Shown here one piece after another: positions 35,412 to 37,865 of a DNA stretch of 37,865 nucleotides (position 1 is its first letter; each line of letters begins with the position of its first letter). The notes below the pieces were generated by a model, which worked only from the letters and a program-made list of their open reading frames with translations, was not told where the DNA came from and did no database searches. The DNA is taken from NCBI GenBank assembly GCA_943704425.1, contig CALSCP010000317.1, positions 1 through 37,865 of the forward strand, read 5' to 3'. Source of the DNA: Ministeria vibrans ATCC 50519 (taxonomy: Eukaryota; Protista; Filasterea). The translations under genes and the position numbers were made by a program.

Positions 35412-37437
35412 GTCTCACGCTGTGTGAGCGACACAGTTTCCCCCATTCCCTGGCTCATTGCTGCTTGTTGGTCTTGCCATTGTGCTGTAGGGTCTCATGA
35501 AGAGCGACGTGTCGCGTATCCTGCAAACCTGTGCAAAGTACTGCAGTGACGAACAGCGACACGAAATTCTCGAGCATGCCAAAGGTATTATATTAATATT
35601 TGTGTTTCTTCTTCTTCTTCTTCTTCTTCTTCTTCTTTTGCTTATGCTTGTCCCTCGCCCTTTTTCTTTGTCGTGTTGTTTCCTGATAGGCAAGCTTGTG
35701 GATCTCTCGTCGGGTCTGTACACAAAAAAATTTGTCATGAGATTGTACGAGTTTGGCAACGATGCAGTGCGCAAGACCATTGTCGACGAATTGAGGGCAC
35801 CCGTGCGAAGACTGGTGCGCCATCGCGAAGCGTCTGATGTCATCGACTTTATCAACGACCTTCCGTCGACCAAGGACGTGCACCGCCAGGTTCTCGTCGA
35901 CGAGTTCTTTGGCAAGCAGTATGCGCTGTTCAAGACTGACAGCGACCAGGGCCGTCTGGCGCCCCTCTTTGCACGCCACCCAACGAAACAGCCCTTTGTG
36001 ATGCAGCACTTGCGAACGTCGCTTGACGAGTGCCTGGAGCGCGGGACCATCTCCAGTGTGTTGGTGCACCGTCCGCTCGCAGAGTACCTGAGCCACGCGA
36101 CGGTGACCGAGGCCAGCGGCATCATCGACGCCGCATCGGATGCCTTTGTCGAGATTCTGCACACTCGCGACGGCGCACGCGCAGCTATGGAGGCTTTGTG
36201 GAAGAGCACACCCAAGCAACGCAAGGAGCTGATGCGCAGCTTCCGCTCGCACGCCATTGCCATTGCCGAGGATGTCTGTGGCTATCTCGTGCTGTGCGCT
36301 GCCTTCGAGTGCATCGACGACACAGTCACCATGAGCAAGATGCTCGTGGCCCCTCTCGCCGCGGCTGCTCCGCGTCTTGCTCTCGACCACGACGGCCGCA
36401 GAGTTCTCATCCACTTGCTGCGTCCGCGCGCGCCTCAGTTCTTCAATGGCGACACGCGAGCGTTGCTTGCGCTGGGCGATGGCAATGTGTACACCAAAAA
36501 GGACGCGCAGACGCGACAGAAGGAGTTGTGCCGCGCCATTGCTCCCTCGCTTGTGGCCATGCTCACCCTGTCGTGCCGCAAGGCCCTTGCCGCCACTGAA
36601 CGTGCCGTCAAGAAGGCATCGGCCAAGCTGGAGCGCGAGCGACTGGCTCTGGACGCCAGCAACAAGGATGCCGCTAAGGCAGCGGCAGCAGCAACAGAAG
36701 AGGGAGACGACGCGGACGACGACGACGACGCTCACGCCATGGACATGGCACCCGACGGGAGTGCCGCGGCCGATGCCGAGACGGTTATGGGCACTCTGCT
36801 GTTTGACCCCAAGGGCTTTATGCTCATTCCTGAGATTCTTGCGCACACTCCGTCTGTCTCCGACGCCGACAAGCAGAGTGCGTACGAGCTTCTCGCGCGG
36901 CTGTGTGTCATGCAGAAGCCCACGCCTGGGCGCACTCCCGGTGTGGGCGCAGAGCGGGCGCCTCTTGCAGAGACCATTCTGGCCGACAAGGTACTGCACC
37001 GCACCATCAAGCGCATCATCAACGAAGTGCCCGCGTTTGGCTCTGCGCTGCTGGACCAGCTGCAACTAGGCCCTGCGCCCAAGGGCTCCTTCCTGCTTCC
37101 GCTTGCAACGCAGCCCCGCTCTGTCTTTATCTGCGTTGCCCTGTGCCAACAGCCTCTGAATGCCGACGCGCGTCTCTCCGCCGTCGCCGACCTCGTCCCC
37201 GTCCTCACACAGCTCCAAGCCATCGACGACGCCACCGTCCCCGGCATCGCCATCCTCACGGCCCTCGTCGCCTCAGCCTCCGCCGAACTCGATCAAGACC
37301 AAGACCAAGTCCAGCCGCCCGCTGCGGCCCCTTCAGACCAGACCCAACTCACCGAAATCACCCCCACTCCTCAGAAAACGAAGAAATCCTCTGCTAAATC
37401 TCCCGCTTCAAAGAAAAAGACCCCCAAAAAGAAGTAA
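34886..37437 (+). CDS. PUM3: Pumilio homolog 3 / Puf6 / Puf-A nucleolar RNA-binding protein, ~703 aa, 5 exons (34886-35025, 35113-35158, 35271-35354, 35491-35584, 35690-37437)
   Basis: K-rich N-terminus, ARHLWSE, KSDVSRILQTCAKY, RRLVRHREASDVI, EILHTRDGARAA, TPKQRK, FECIDDT, GRRVLIHLL.PR, GDGN..TKKD...RQKEL. Confidence 0.92.
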
Positions 37438-37865
37438 AAGGAACCAAAATATGATCGACTCTCTTTGTACACCAAATACACTCTGTTGTTTTGTCTTTTC
37501 AGTCTTTATTTCTTTTCGAATATTGTAACGGAGGATAACATTCTCTCATCCGACGAATATATTATCGTGAAAGAATAAAAGTATGTTGGAGGGCAATTCA
37601 GAGGGGGTCGGTTGAGGAGAGGGATACGTATGTGATGGAGCGATAGATGAAAATTGACTGCAGAAATAGGTTTTTTCAAAGTGTAACAATAATAATAATA
37701 ATAAGAATAAGAATAAGAATAATAATAATAGTAAAAAATCAATAATATATTTTCATTCTTTTATTGAGTCCTTTTCGGTCTGTCCCGCCGCGCACAAAAA
37801 CTCCAAATTGTACATATTCTCATCGCACCTGTAAAAAGAAGAGGGTCAAAAAAAAAAAAAAAAAA

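Noticed and set aside
35585-35689. Stop-free 3n introns (also 4049-4114, 4375-4548, 29148-29210, 30465-30539); this one would encode a poly-Leu TM-like stretch
   Set aside because: About 5 of ~55 short introns is close to chance expectation. The poly-Leu is a (CTT)n microsatellite within a canonical intron that interrupts a conserved domain.
35593-37065. 490-aa antisense ORF, and others such as 17829-19241 and 5302-5934
   Set aside because: Shadow or alternate-frame ORFs of GC-rich coding exons, with no recognisable motifs.

Overview
Gene-dense, intron-rich eukaryotic DNA with short GT-AG introns, many microsatellites and three assembly gaps. The gene set (PX-domain SGK3, VMAC-like, B4GALNT3/4-like, CCP2/3) suggests a unicellular holozoan-type protist; this is inference. 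By splicing ORF fragments by hand I rebuilt 14 protein-coding genes, each with an exon sum divisible by 3: SGK3, an intronless ZipA-like gene, TFB1M, a ~3,586-aa Hobbit/BLTP2, MRPS26, VMAC-like, EMC10, AGBL2/3-type carboxypeptidase, B4GALNT3/4-like, RPS25, CCDC12/Cwf18, an unknown Zn-ribbon protein, a PH-domain protein and PUM3/Puf6. There is also one speculative small secreted peptide. The standout is 4756-5943 (-). It is an intronless gene resembling the bacterial FtsZ-binding cell-division protein ZipA, embedded ~90 bp from eukaryotic neighbours. It lacks the membrane anchor and carries an NLS-like N-terminus and acidic insertions, so it is a candidate domesticated horizontal transfer. All family assignments come from motif recognition from memory, not database searches.
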